From a virus (lineage: Duplodnaviria > Caudoviricetes), in IMG/VR virus record IMGVR_UViG_3300031655_000018, positions 1 to 36,343 of that record: a DNA stretch of 36,343 bases. One strand, 5' to 3'. The first letter of the stretch is position 1. Each line of letters opens with the position of its first letter. A model generated the notes under the pieces. The model saw only the letters and a program-made list of their open reading frames with translations. It was not told the DNA's origin and ran no database searches. Below, piece after piece: positions 15,724 to 25,504 of the stretch. The position numbers and the translations under genes were made by a program.

Positions 15724-16155
15724 ATGGAAGAACATACTAAGTTGGTTGATGATGTACTAATTAAAGAACCTCTTATGGATGAAGGGGAGGTACCAGTTAA
15801 GGCCCGCATAGGTCGCCCTAAGAAAAGGAATAAGAAAACGGTGATGGGCCGCCCTAAGGGTGAGTCAGGCATTATGAAGGAGTACAGAGAACGTATGCTG
15901 AACTCCCCTAAATCAAAGAAGGTACTAGAAAGTATCCTAGACGCAGCACTTGATGATGACCACAAGAACCAAGCTGCCGCATGGAAGATTGTAGTAGACC
16001 GTATAATGCCTGTATCTGCCTTTGATAAGTTAGCAGGTACTACCTCACGTAACGCCATTACTGTTAACATAACAGGAGTGGGTGCCCCTGAAGTAAACAT
16101 CAAGGACATAGAGGGGGAGTACGAAGATACCTCTGACACAGGGGACGACCTGTGA
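15724..16155 (+). CDS. Terminase small subunit (putative)
   Basis: Immediately upstream of TerL. GRPK repeats, AL.DDHKNQAAAWK..DR motif. GGGAG RBS before MEEHTK. Confidence 0.72.
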   Translation: MEEHTKLVDDVLIKEPLMDEGEVPVKARIGRPKKRNKKTVMGRPKGESGIMKEYRERMLNSPKSKKVLESILDAALDDDHKNQAAAWKIVVDRIMPVSAFDKLAGTTSRNAITVNITGVGAPEVNIKDIEGEYEDTSDTGDDL

Positions 16156-17414
16156 ATCTCGACATTAGCCTACTTCCTTGGCAACAAGACGTGTGGGCTG
16201 ACCAGACTAGGTTTAAGGTAATCGCAGCGGGTCGTAGGTGTGGTAAGTCACGCTATGCGGCCTACAGACTACTCGTGGAGGGACTACAGAGTGACAAAGG
16301 ACACATCTTCTACGTTGCCCAGACTCAAGGACAGGCTCGAGACGTTATGTGGAGCGTACTCATGGACGTGGGAAAGGATGTTATTAAAACAGCCCACATC
16401 AACAATCTCCAGCTTACTCTCATCAATGGAGCAACCATCACACTTAAGGGGTCCGACAGGCCCGACACGATGCGTGGAGTCTCCCTTAAATTCGTAGTAC
16501 TTGACGAATATGCAGGTATGAAGCCCAGTGTGTGGGAGGAAGTACTTAGACCAGCCCTAGCTGACCAAAAGGGTCACGCTGTGTTTATTGGTACCCCCAC
16601 AGGAAGAAACCACTTCTGGGAGCTTATGCAGTACGCAGAGCTAAGTGGGGACCCAGACTGGAAGGCTTGGCACCTTACCTCTTTTGATAACCCCCTCCTG
16701 GACCCAAAAGAGATTGAAGCAGCTAAGAAGTCCATGTCTTCCTTTGCTTTCAGACAAGAATTCTTAGCCAAATTTGAGGCAAAAGACAGTGAATTATTCA
16801 GAGAAGAATGGCTTAGTTTCAGAGAAGAGCCCCTCCGCAAGCCTCTTACAGGAGACTACTACATTGCTTGTGACCTTGCAGGCTTTGAACAGGTCGGAGG
16901 GAGTACCCGAAAGTCCCGCCTTGACGAGACGGCTATCGCGGTTGTGTGCGTGGATGGAGAAGGAGATTGGTTCGTCCACGAAATCATACACGGACGATGG
17001 GACCTCAACGAAACAGCCAAGAAAATCTTCGATGCAGTGGCAGCATATCGCCCAATAAGTGTAGGGATTGAGAAAGGTATTGCACAACAGGCCGTGATGA
17101 GTCCCCTACAGGACCTTCAGAGGCAGAGGAACAGGTACTTTAGAGTAGAGCTTCTATCCCACGGTAACAAAAAGAAAGTAGACAGAGTTGTCTGGGCTCT
17201 CCAAGGGCGTATGGAGAACAAGCGAGTAGTTCTTAACAAAGGTGACTGGAATAGCGCCTTCATGGACCAATTGTTCCAATTCCCCTCACCCCTAACCCAC
17301 GATGACCTAATTGACGCCCTCGCGTATATTGACCAAATGGCAAGTGTAGCTTACGCTTCGGCCATTGATGATATGCAGGGATGGGAACCAACAGACGACC
17401 ACACAGGATATTAA
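16152..17414 (+). CDS. terL: Terminase large subunit
   Basis: Walker A AGRRCGKS, Walker B VVLDE, IGTP coupling motif, nuclease DLA and HDDLIDA. Confidence 0.96.
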   Translation: MNLDISLLPWQQDVWADQTRFKVIAAGRRCGKSRYAAYRLLVEGLQSDKGHIFYVAQTQGQARDVMWSVLMDVGKDVIKTAHINNLQLTLINGATITLKGSDRPDTMRGVSLKFVVLDEYAGMKPSVWEEVLRPALADQKGHAVFIGTPTGRNHFWELMQYAELSGDPDWKAWHLTSFDNPLLDPKEIEAAKKSMSSFAFRQEFLAKFEAKDSELFREEWLSFREEPLRKPLTGDYYIACDLAGFEQVGGSTRKSRLDETAIAVVCVDGEGDWFVHEIIHGRWDLNETAKKIFDAVAAYRPISVGIEKGIAQQAVMSPLQDLQRQRNRYFRVELLSHGNKKKVDRVVWALQGRMENKRVVLNKGDWNSAFMDQLFQFPSPLTHDDLIDALAYIDQMASVAYASAIDDMQGWEPTDDHTGY

Positions 17415-17416
17415 GC

Positions 17417-19465
17417 ATGGCCAAAGCCCAAATATATGACGCATCAGCTACGGTAGTTGAGGATGAAAACAGCACGCACGACTCTATGCTGGAAACCTCA
17501 ACGTCCCTAGAAGCATACGTAATCTATAAAACTACAGAATGGGAAAATTTCATTGAATCAAACTTTTACTCACAGTGGGACGAGTACTACCGCCTATGGC
17601 GTGGTCTCTGGCAAGGGAGTGACTCCACCCGCACTACCGAGCGTTCCCGTATTGTCACCCCTGCCCTCCAACAGGCAGTTGAGAGCAGTGTTGCTGAAAT
17701 TGAAGAGGCTACTTTCGGCCATGGCAAGCTCTTTGACATCCGCGATGATTCATCCGACAAAGATGAAGCGGACGTTGCGTACCTACGAACACAACTCGAT
17801 GAGGACTTTAGAACACAGAAAGTGCGTAAGGCATGTGCCGAAGTGCTTATCAATGCAGCAGTGTACGGCACAGGTGTAGCTGAGATAGTTGTAGAAGAAA
17901 TTAACGAGATGGCTCCTGCAACAGAGACGGCCATGGAAGGACAGGTGGAGTTGGTTGGAGTATCAACTAAAAAGCGTACAGTAGTACGTATGAAGCCCGT
18001 TCAGATGAAGAACTTCAGAATTGACCCTGTGGCAGTAGACATTGACTCCGCACACGGTGTGGCAACAGATGAATTTGTTCCAGCCCACTATGTGGCACAG
18101 ATGCAGGACGAGGGTGTCTATCTTCCTGGTTATGTAGGCACAGCCTCCTCAGATGAGGACCTTGAGCCGAATAGAGAACTAGAGACCTCCCCTGAGACAG
18201 ACGGGAAGGTACGCTTACTGAAGTACTATGGTTTAGTTCCTCGACACCTTCTAACCCTCGCCCAAAACGGGCCAGAAGACGAAGAGTACGTAGACCTAGT
18301 AGAGCCAGAAGAGCACTCCGGTGATAAAGAGTCGTACTGGGTAGAAGCCATTGTTGTTATAGCTAATGGAGGTACGCTACTTAAGGCAGAAGAAAGTCCG
18401 TATATGATGCAGGACCGGCCCATTGTTGCGTTTCAGTGGGATGTCGTACCCGGACTCTTTTGGGGCAGGGGAGTTTGCGAGAAGGGCTACAATTCGCAAA
18501 AGGCTCTTGACGCAGAGATTAGAGCTAGAATTGATGCTCTGGCATTAACAATTCACCCAATGCTCGCTATGGACGCTACACGCATCCCTAGAGGACATCA
18601 GCCTATCATTAAGCCCGGAAAGATGCTATTAACCAACGGTAATCCTAGAGAGATTCTACATGAGTTTAACTTCGGGAATGTTAACCAAATCACCTTTGCT
18701 CAAGCAGCAGAGTTGCAGAAAATGGTACAGCAGTCCACAGGTGCAGTTGACGGAGCCGAGTTTGCCGCAGGAATGGGGTCAAACAATAAAACCGGAGCTA
18801 CTAGCATGGCGCTCGGGGGAATCATTAAGCGGCAGAAACGTACGCTACTTAACTTCCAAGAGGGTTTTTGGCTCCCTTTTGTAACTAAGGCAGCTTGGCG
18901 GTACATGCAGTTTGACCCTGATAACTACCCAATAAACGACTATAAGTTCGTTGTAAGTTCCACTTTGGGGATTATGGCTCGAGAGTACCAAGTAAGTCAG
19001 CTTGTTCAGCTCCTGCAAACCACCTCAGACCAATCCCCTATGTACGGGTCCATTGTGACTGCGATAGTGGAAAACATGAACTTGGACAACGCCGAAGAAC
19101 TCAAGGCTGCTCTTAAGAAGGCATCTGAGCCTAATCCTGAAGAGGAGGCCATGAAACAAGAAATGCACGAAATGGGCATGGAAGAGAAGAGGCAGACCAT
19201 CGAAGCCATTAAAGCACAGGCAGCAGAGTCTAACGCCCGCGCCAATAAGTACAAGGTGGACGCAGAGCTTGCACCTAGGGAATTAGAGAATGCTCGTATT
19301 GATGCAGTCGCTGATGTTCGGGACGGGGTAACTGAGGCCCAGTTCATTAGAAGGCTCCGTATTGCTGAAGTTAAGCTTTCAGAGAAAAAGCTAAATATTC
19401 AAGAGAAGGACTTGGAGCACAGACGTGCAGCCTCTTCTCCCCTACCAGCCCCTATATTGGAGTAA
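17417..19465 (+). CDS. Portal protein
   Basis: ~680 aa after TerL. FRIDP, FWGRG, long coiled-coil C-terminus as in P22-like portals. Confidence 0.88.
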   Translation: MAKAQIYDASATVVEDENSTHDSMLETSTSLEAYVIYKTTEWENFIESNFYSQWDEYYRLWRGLWQGSDSTRTTERSRIVTPALQQAVESSVAEIEEATFGHGKLFDIRDDSSDKDEADVAYLRTQLDEDFRTQKVRKACAEVLINAAVYGTGVAEIVVEEINEMAPATETAMEGQVELVGVSTKKRTVVRMKPVQMKNFRIDPVAVDIDSAHGVATDEFVPAHYVAQMQDEGVYLPGYVGTASSDEDLEPNRELETSPETDGKVRLLKYYGLVPRHLLTLAQNGPEDEEYVDLVEPEEHSGDKESYWVEAIVVIANGGTLLKAEESPYMMQDRPIVAFQWDVVPGLFWGRGVCEKGYNSQKALDAEIRARIDALALTIHPMLAMDATRIPRGHQPIIKPGKMLLTNGNPREILHEFNFGNVNQITFAQAAELQKMVQQSTGAVDGAEFAAGMGSNNKTGATSMALGGIIKRQKRTLLNFQEGFWLPFVTKAAWRYMQFDPDNYPINDYKFVVSSTLGIMAREYQVSQLVQLLQTTSDQSPMYGSIVTAIVENMNLDNAEELKAALKKASEPNPEEEAMKQEMHEMGMEEKRQTIEAIKAQAAESNARANKYKVDAELAPRELENARIDAVADVRDGVTEAQFIRRLRIAEVKLSEKKLNIQEKDLEHRRAASSPLPAPILE

Positions 19466-19470
19466 TACAT

Positions 19471-19608
19471 ATGCTAATGCAAGGTGATATGAACAAGGTT
19501 ATTGAGAGCGTCAACGAGGTCCTCGAGGGGGCCTTTAGGCGCATTGAGGCTTTAGAGGACAAACTCTCAGCCCTAGAGTCTAAAAAACCCACTGTAAAGT
19601 CTAAATAA
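19471..19608 (+). CDS. Small coiled-coil hypothetical protein (45 aa)
   Basis: Translated by hand: MLMQGDMNKVIESVNEVLEGAFRRIEALE... GGAG RBS. Confidence 0.7.
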   Translation: MLMQGDMNKVIESVNEVLEGAFRRIEALEDKLSALESKKPTVKSK

Positions 19609-19620
19609 ATAACATACTAG

Positions 19621-19651
19621 AGGACACAAAAGGCCAAAAGTGTGTTAGAAT
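19621..19651 (+). promoter_or_regulatory. Phage-type extended -10 promoter of the head operon
   Basis: AGGACACA aaaggcca aaaGTGTG t TAGAAT. Confidence 0.75.
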
Positions 19652-19706
19652 AGAGCCTACTATAATTAAGTAGGTAGAGATATACGTCATTTAAAGGTAA
19701 TACTCT

Positions 19707-20033
19707 ATGAAAAACTTATTTATACCCCTCTTTGCACTCTTTTTAGTAGGTGCAGGAGCAGTAATAGCAGATACCATCATTAAGAATAACGGACGAGTAA
19801 TTGAAGTTCACCCCAGTTATCGCGTTGTTGCTGTTCCCCGAAATACACCCAATCAGGTAATAGTCGTAACTAAAGCCGAAGTGCTTCAACTACGCAAACC
19901 TGTTCAAGTGGAGCTTAGAGTAGATGCTCCTTGTGTTCCAGCGGGCTCGTTAAGTCTAGGGGGAATCCCCTGCACGCCGCCTCAAGAATGTACACCAGAC
20001 GGTGCCCTTTCTACCGGCGCACCTCCCTGCTAG
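19707..20033 (+). CDS. Exported protein with signal peptide and Cys-bounded repeats
   Basis: MKNLFIPLFALFLVGAGAVIA-D signal peptide, two Cx12C repeats at the C-terminus. Confidence 0.7.
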   Translation: MKNLFIPLFALFLVGAGAVIADTIIKNNGRVIEVHPSYRVVAVPRNTPNQVIVVTKAEVLQLRKPVQVELRVDAPCVPAGSLSLGGIPCTPPQECTPDGALSTGAPPC

Positions 20034-20089
20034 CACAACATATCTAGGGTACTTTGTAACCCTCAAAACCTAACCCATGGAGGCAAGCT

Positions 20090-20350
20090 ATGGATTTGGA
20101 AAATATGACGGACGAAGACTACTTCGGCCATATGAAGATTATGTTCCACACTGAAGGATGGCAAATCCTGATGGAGGAACTCAAAGTAAACGCACAGGTA
20201 ATAGGTGACATACAGGACATCCCCACATGGGAGGTTTTGTGTTTTAACAAAGGACAGCTACAGGCTATCGGTAAACTCCTTAACTTCGAAAACACTCTGG
20301 CACAAGTTGAGCTAGAGGGAGATGAGGGCTTCGATGAAAGTACTGAATGA
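20090..20350 (+). CDS. Conserved head-module hypothetical protein
   Basis: GGAGG RBS, MF.TEGW...KGQL pattern. Confidence 0.75.
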   Translation: MDLENMTDEDYFGHMKIMFHTEGWQILMEELKVNAQVIGDIQDIPTWEVLCFNKGQLQAIGKLLNFENTLAQVELEGDEGFDESTE

Positions 20351-20573
20351 CTTTACGTGCTCTGAAGGGCACACACATGAACTCTTTTTGGATAACCTTA
20401 CAACAACAGTCTTATGCCAAGATTGTGGAACAGAGGCCAAGAAGGACCGCGCTGTACCTCGCTTTATTCTCCCTGGAAATGACCCAGCAGGTTTTCCAAC
20501 CTCAGCGGACAAATGGGTGAAGCAGCGAGAACAGAAGATGCGGCACGAAGCAAAATACAATCCAGAATCCTAG
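20334..20573 (+). CDS. FmdB-like zinc-ribbon protein
   Basis: DFTCSEGH..E...CQDCG motif. Confidence 0.72.
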   Translation: MKVLNDFTCSEGHTHELFLDNLTTTVLCQDCGTEAKKDRAVPRFILPGNDPAGFPTSADKWVKQREQKMRHEAKYNPES

Positions 20574-20589
20574 CGGACGGAGTTAAATT

Positions 20590-21405
20590 ATGGCAGCAAC
20601 GATTATTGAAGAAACAGAAGACAACGTAGAAACCAGTCCTGTACCTACTGATGATAATGCACTCTCACAAGATGCTCTTGTTGAGTCCTTTTCACCGGCA
20701 GACACTACAGTCCTTGACACAGCTCCAGAGGATGAGGTTCCCGCTAAGTATAAAGGGAAAAGCATTGTTGAAGTAGTGGCCATGCACCAAGCGGCTGAAA
20801 AGCTAATCGGCACGCAAGGTTCAGAGGTAGGTGATTTACGTAAAGTGGTAGATGATTTTATCACGTCACAACCTGTTACTCCTAGTCAACCTTTTGTGGC
20901 AGAAGAGCCTATTGACTTCTTCGAAGACCCAGAAAAGGCAGTGAGCAGAGCAATTGACTCTCACCCTGATGTAGTACGTGCCAAACAAGCCTCAGTAGAC
21001 ATGCAGCGGAACTCTAGTGTTTCTCAACTGCAAGCTAAGCATCCTGATATGGAACAAGTCTTGAAAAACCCCGCATTTGTAGAGTGGGTCAAGGGTTCCC
21101 CAGTAAGGAGAGAATTGTTTGGAAGAGCCGACCAACAGTACGACTTTGATTCCGCTGATGAACTCATCAGTAACTTTAAAGAGCGTACTGCTGTTGTCCA
21201 AGCCACCGTACAAACTGAGACTGCGGCCCGTCAACAGGCTGTAAGACAGGCATCTACAGGGAGTGCCAGTGGTGCTAACACCAGTGGTTCAAAAAGAATC
21301 TATCGCCGAGCTGACATAATTAAACTTATGAAAACTGACCCTGACCGCTATGAAGCTATTAATCCTGAGATTATGTTAGCTTACCAAGAGGGAAGGGTTA
21401 AGTAA
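20590..21405 (+). CDS. Capsid scaffolding protein
   Basis: Acidic helical protein before the capsid gene. PAKYKGKS and AYQEGRVK motifs. Confidence 0.8.
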   Translation: MAATIIEETEDNVETSPVPTDDNALSQDALVESFSPADTTVLDTAPEDEVPAKYKGKSIVEVVAMHQAAEKLIGTQGSEVGDLRKVVDDFITSQPVTPSQPFVAEEPIDFFEDPEKAVSRAIDSHPDVVRAKQASVDMQRNSSVSQLQAKHPDMEQVLKNPAFVEWVKGSPVRRELFGRADQQYDFDSADELISNFKERTAVVQATVQTETAARQQAVRQASTGSASGANTSGSKRIYRRADIIKLMKTDPDRYEAINPEIMLAYQEGRVK

Positions 21406-21423
21406 CCAACAGGAAACTCTCAA

Positions 21424-22398
21424 ATGTCTAATCCCTTTAATGCAGCACCACAAGTAACCTCGATTCCCGGCGTAGCTGGTAATACAGGCACAGCCGCAAC
21501 ATTCATACCTCAAATCTGGTCCGATGAAGTTATCGCCGAGTATGAAAAATCCTTGGTACTTGCTCCTCTCGTAAAGAAAATGTCTATGCAAGGAAAGAAA
21601 GGTGATACTATTCACGTTCCTTCTCCTATCCGTGGCTCTGCCAGCGCAAAGGTTAACAGTACCTCTGTTACTCTGATTGCTGACACTGAACTAGAACTGG
21701 TTATCAACATTGACCAGCACTGGGAATACTCACGTATGATTGAAGATATCACTGCCACACAGGCACTGTCTTCTCTCCGTAGATTCTACACCTCTGACGC
21801 TGGCTATTCTTTAGCTAAAACAGCGGACACAATCCTTTTCGCCAACGGTAAAAAGTTGGGTAATGGTAACGGTACTAGCTGGGTTCATAGCCAAACGGTT
21901 ATGCCTGCGGCTTCAACAGGTGCAACTATCCCTTACACCATTGATACAGTAGCAGCGGCTAACGCCTTTACTGACCTTACTCTTCGAGATGCCTTGCAGG
22001 TACTTGACGATAATGACGTTCCTATGAACGGACGTTTCTTCGTTATACCACCTAGCCTGTGTAACTCTATTCGTGGTATTGAGCGGTATAACTCTGCTGA
22101 CTTCGTTAGTGGACAAGGTACGCAGACTGGTAAGATTGGTGACTTGTACGGTGTTGATATTTACGTATCTACTAACGTACCTGTTATTGAAACTGCTGCT
22201 GCCAACGCCGCTAACGGTGACGTACGTGGTGCCCTTCTGGCGCACAAAGACGTATACGTCATGGCAGAGCAGGTAGGTGTTCGTTCACAGACTCAGTACA
22301 AGCAAGAGTTTTTGAGCACACTGTACACCGCTGACCGTTTGTTCGGTACGCAGTGCTACCGCCCTGAGTCTGGAGTAACTATAGCAGTTGCTAACTAG
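21424..22398 (+). CDS. Major capsid protein
   Basis: FIPQIWS, GKKGDTIHVP, GRFFVIPP, IG.LYG.DIYVSTN. Followed by a terminator. Confidence 0.92.
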   Translation: MSNPFNAAPQVTSIPGVAGNTGTAATFIPQIWSDEVIAEYEKSLVLAPLVKKMSMQGKKGDTIHVPSPIRGSASAKVNSTSVTLIADTELELVINIDQHWEYSRMIEDITATQALSSLRRFYTSDAGYSLAKTADTILFANGKKLGNGNGTSWVHSQTVMPAASTGATIPYTIDTVAAANAFTDLTLRDALQVLDDNDVPMNGRFFVIPPSLCNSIRGIERYNSADFVSGQGTQTGKIGDLYGVDIYVSTNVPVIETAAANAANGDVRGALLAHKDVYVMAEQVGVRSQTQYKQEFLSTLYTADRLFGTQCYRPESGVTIAVAN

Positions 22399-22411
22399 AG
22401 GCTAACCTCTT

Positions 22412-22466
22412 AAGGCCCTCGCTTCACTAGCCCGCTATGGGCACTGTGCGGCGCTGGGCCTTTTTT
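22412..22466 (+). terminator. Intrinsic terminator after the capsid gene
   Basis: AAGGCCC...GGGCCTT stem with internal CGC/GCG, CAC/GTG and GCCC/GGGC helices, then a T6 tract. Confidence 0.8.
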
Positions 22467-22483
22467 ACTATTGGAGATAAATA

Positions 22484-23923
22484 ATGTCAACTGTTATCCA
22501 GACAAAGCATAGTCTGACTACAACCAATGAGCCAGCAACATTGGCTGACGGTGAGCTGGCTGTTAACCCAGTTGATGGGAAACTATGGGCAGGAAACGGC
22601 GGAGTAAACGCTCTTATAGCCTCACCTGTAGTCGAAGGAAACGCCCTAACGCTTGAGGGTGAAAACAAAGCTTACTACTTAAACTCAACCAATCAAAATG
22701 CAGGCACTCTTAACGCCGCACGTCTAACAGGCACATATGCAATTTCGGTGTCCGGTAATGCAGCTACAGCTACTTTAGCGACTAACGCCACAACCGCAGC
22801 TAATTCCACTTTATTTGATGGAAATAACGCAGCGTACTACCAGAATTCAACCAATCAAACCGCAGGCACCTTGCCTTCAGCTAGGCTGTCAGGCTCGTAC
22901 AACATAACAGCAGCCACAGCAACAAATGCAGATGATTCTGCTTTACTGGACGGCTCAAACTCTGCTTTTTATCGTAATGCGGGAAACCTGAATGCGGGAA
23001 CTCTTCCCACAGCCCGCATAAGTGGGTCTTACGCGGGGATTACCACAGTAGGAACTCTTTCTCTTCTACAGGTTACAGGCTCAGCTACTTTTTCTGACTT
23101 ATCAGGAGTAGGGGACAGAAGTATTGGGGTTAACGCAGCAGGTCGGCTTATAGAGTTGGCTGGAAGTGGTGGAATTGCTCTTACTGACCTAAGTGTAGCT
23201 GTTGCTGCCGCAGGTACTCCTAATCTTAGCTACAATAACGCTAATGGAGTGTTTACGTACACACCCCCTGACCTGACCTCCTATGCAACAGCTACTAGCG
23301 CCACAGCGTTCAGCAATAAGACAGGCAATATAAGCCAGTGGACGAATGACTCAGGCTACCTTACCGCCTTTACAGAAACAGATACGTTAGACACCGTTAC
23401 AACCAGAGGAGCCACGACTGCTAACGCTGTAACTGTCGGTAGCCTCACCTCCACAGGGGAAATCACGGCCAATGGTGGTTTGGCATTAGGAGATAACGAC
23501 AAGGCTACATTTGGCGTCAGTGATGATTTGGAGATATACCATAGTGGTACCAACAGCCACATTACAGACACTGGCACAGGTAATCTGATTATTGGTGGCG
23601 CAAATGTTGAAATAACGACTGCGGGAGGTACTAAGTATCTTCAGGGAGCGGCTAACGTACTCAAACTATATCATACTGGCAGCGAGAAACTGCGTACAAG
23701 CGCAGCAGGCATTGACGTTACTGGAGATGTAACAGCCACAGGGAATCTAACGTCCAAAGGCATTGATGATAACGCAACAACTACAGCTCTAACCATATCA
23801 TCAGCATCTGTAATAACAGGTCTATTCACAGGGGTAGGGGTGTCTCAACCAAGTTCAAAGTTTGAGGTAGTCTCTGCGCTTCCAGGGTCTCCTGATGCAA
23901 ACACAATCTACTTCGTAACGTAG
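22484..23923 (+). CDS. Tail fibre protein
   Basis: N-terminal PATLADGELAVN..DGKLW domain, three internal repeats, Ala/Thr/Gly-rich, C-terminal PDANTIYFVT. Confidence 0.82.
   Translation: MSTVIQTKHSLTTTNEPATLADGELAVNPVDGKLWAGNGGVNALIASPVVEGNALTLEGENKAYYLNSTNQNAGTLNAARLTGTYAISVSGNAATATLATNATTAANSTLFDGNNAAYYQNSTNQTAGTLPSARLSGSYNITAATATNADDSALLDGSNSAFYRNAGNLNAGTLPTARISGSYAGITTVGTLSLLQVTGSATFSDLSGVGDRSIGVNAAGRLIELAGSGGIALTDLSVAVAAAGTPNLSYNNANGVFTYTPPDLTSYATATSATAFSNKTGNISQWTNDSGYLTAFTETDTLDTVTTRGATTANAVTVGSLTSTGEITANGGLALGDNDKATFGVSDDLEIYHSGTNSHITDTGTGNLIIGGANVEITTAGGTKYLQGAANVLKLYHTGSEKLRTSAAGIDVTGDVTATGNLTSKGIDDNATTTALTISSASVITGLFTGVGVSQPSSKFEVVSALPGSPDANTIYFVT
22643..23032 (+). repeat. Three ~32-aa repeats in the tail fibre
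   Basis: LEGENKAYYLNSTNQNAGTLNAARLTGTY / FDGNNAAYYQNSTNQTAGTLPSARLSGSY / LDGSNSAFYRNAGNLNAGTLPTARISGSY. Confidence 0.85.
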
Positions 23924-23931
23924 GGAATAAA

Positions 23932-24567
23932 ATGATTACTTTCAATGTAGTTGAGACAAGGTATACAACCAACCCAGATGGGTCGCCTCTGAGGATAACG
24001 CTAGTTCTATGGAATGCCACTAAGACTTATGAAAATATCATAGGTACTATTGGGCCACGGGGGACTGTTATTTCTCCTGACTACACTCCTGCTGATATAG
24101 CGTACTCCGCAACAACAGAAGATGACCTCGATGCTTGGATACTAGACCTTGAGGATGAGGCAGATATTGAGGCTCAGCTTGATACCGCTATTTCTGACTT
24201 AGCAGTACCCCAAAATGGAGAAGGCATTCCTTGGCAAGACTCATACGATGCTTGGGCTATCAATGTGAACTACGTTGTTGGTGACATCCGTATTTATAAG
24301 GGTCTTGGGTATGAGGTTATAGAAGCCCATACCTCACAGGCGTTATGGACACCCCCAGCCGCTCCTACACTATGGGAAGACTATGCTCCCCCTGTGCCTG
24401 CTCCAGAGTCAATACCTTCAGACTGGTTCCAGCCCACAGCAGAAACTCCTCAGTACCCTGTAGATGCCATAGTTCTTCATGCGGGGCATAAGTGGAGTTC
24501 TGATGTTGCTGATAACATGCTGGAACCTGGAGTAGGTCAATGGACTGACATGGGGGTTTATCCCTAG
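23932..24567 (+). CDS. Tail-associated protein with CBM5/12-like carbohydrate-binding module(s)
   Basis: W....Y.VGD...YKG..YEVIEAHTSQ..WTP..AP.LW motif plus a second Trp-rich module. Confidence 0.75.
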   Translation: MITFNVVETRYTTNPDGSPLRITLVLWNATKTYENIIGTIGPRGTVISPDYTPADIAYSATTEDDLDAWILDLEDEADIEAQLDTAISDLAVPQNGEGIPWQDSYDAWAINVNYVVGDIRIYKGLGYEVIEAHTSQALWTPPAAPTLWEDYAPPVPAPESIPSDWFQPTAETPQYPVDAIVLHAGHKWSSDVADNMLEPGVGQWTDMGVYP

Positions 24568-25454
24568 TGCCAAGCATCTACAAAGGCAGCACCCAAGTAT
24601 CCAATCTTAACGTTGGGAGCACTCAAGTAAATTCAGTGTATAGCGGGAGTAACCTTGTTTGGAGTAGTGGAGGAGATGTCGTCTTTACTACAGTAGGCAC
24701 TACGAACTGGACTGTGCCAGCAGGAGTAACTTCCATATGTATACTTGCTATTGGTGGCGGCGGTGGGGGACTCTACTGGACGAATGGAACCTATTCCATG
24801 AGTGGAGGCGGCGGAGGCGGACTAGGCTACAAAAATAACCATGCAGTAACTCCAGGGTCTAACGTTGTTGTGTTTGTTGGTAGTGGAGGTCTTGCGGGGA
24901 TTTACCCATCAGGAAGTTCCGCAGGAGTGAACTCTAGCGTAAACACAGGATACAATCCACCAGCCTTGACTGTTTTTGGTGGAAGTAGGGGGGTGTACAA
25001 CGCATCCTCTACGGGAGGCGGTCGTTCAAGTGGGTCTTTTGGGGGAGATGGAGGCGGTACTATTTATACTGGCGCCGGCGGAGCTGGCCCACAGGGAGGG
25101 GGTGGTGCTGGAGGATATAGCGGTGCTGGCGGCTTTGGGGGTACTTTAAATACTTATAATCCAACTTCAGGTGCTGGCGGTGGTGGCGGTGGCGCGGGGA
25201 ATAGTGGGTATAATACAGGATATGGTGGTGGTGGTGTAGGGGTCTACGGTGAAGGAACCTCTGGTGCTGCCGCAAATTCAGGGGTTGGGGGCGGTGGAAG
25301 TAGTGGCGGCTCTGGTGTCGGACAACTGGGAGGTCTATACGGTGGTGGTGGTGGTGGCGGTACGTCGGGAGTCTCGGGCAATGGACAGCAAGGCGCAGTA
25401 AGAATACTGTGGGGCGCAGGAAGGGCATTTCCCTCTACCAATGTCGGCCCTTAA
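24567..25454 (+). CDS. Glycine-rich distal fibre / receptor-binding protein
   Basis: WTVPAGVTSI.ILAIGGGGGG...GQQGAVRILW glycine-rich domain, N-terminal IYKGSTQV...VYSGSNLVW. Confidence 0.8.
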   Translation: MPSIYKGSTQVSNLNVGSTQVNSVYSGSNLVWSSGGDVVFTTVGTTNWTVPAGVTSICILAIGGGGGGLYWTNGTYSMSGGGGGGLGYKNNHAVTPGSNVVVFVGSGGLAGIYPSGSSAGVNSSVNTGYNPPALTVFGGSRGVYNASSTGGGRSSGSFGGDGGGTIYTGAGGAGPQGGGGAGGYSGAGGFGGTLNTYNPTSGAGGGGGGAGNSGYNTGYGGGGVGVYGEGTSGAAANSGVGGGGSSGGSGVGQLGGLYGGGGGGGTSGVSGNGQQGAVRILWGAGRAFPSTNVGP

Positions 25455-25504
25455 TAATTGAAAACAACCAGTCTTTTGTAAAGTCTACAAATAGGATTTA
25501 AATA

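Noticed and set aside
22397-22470. tRNA or known ncRNA after the capsid gene
   Set aside because: No cloverleaf, T-loop or CCA. Better explained as a terminator.
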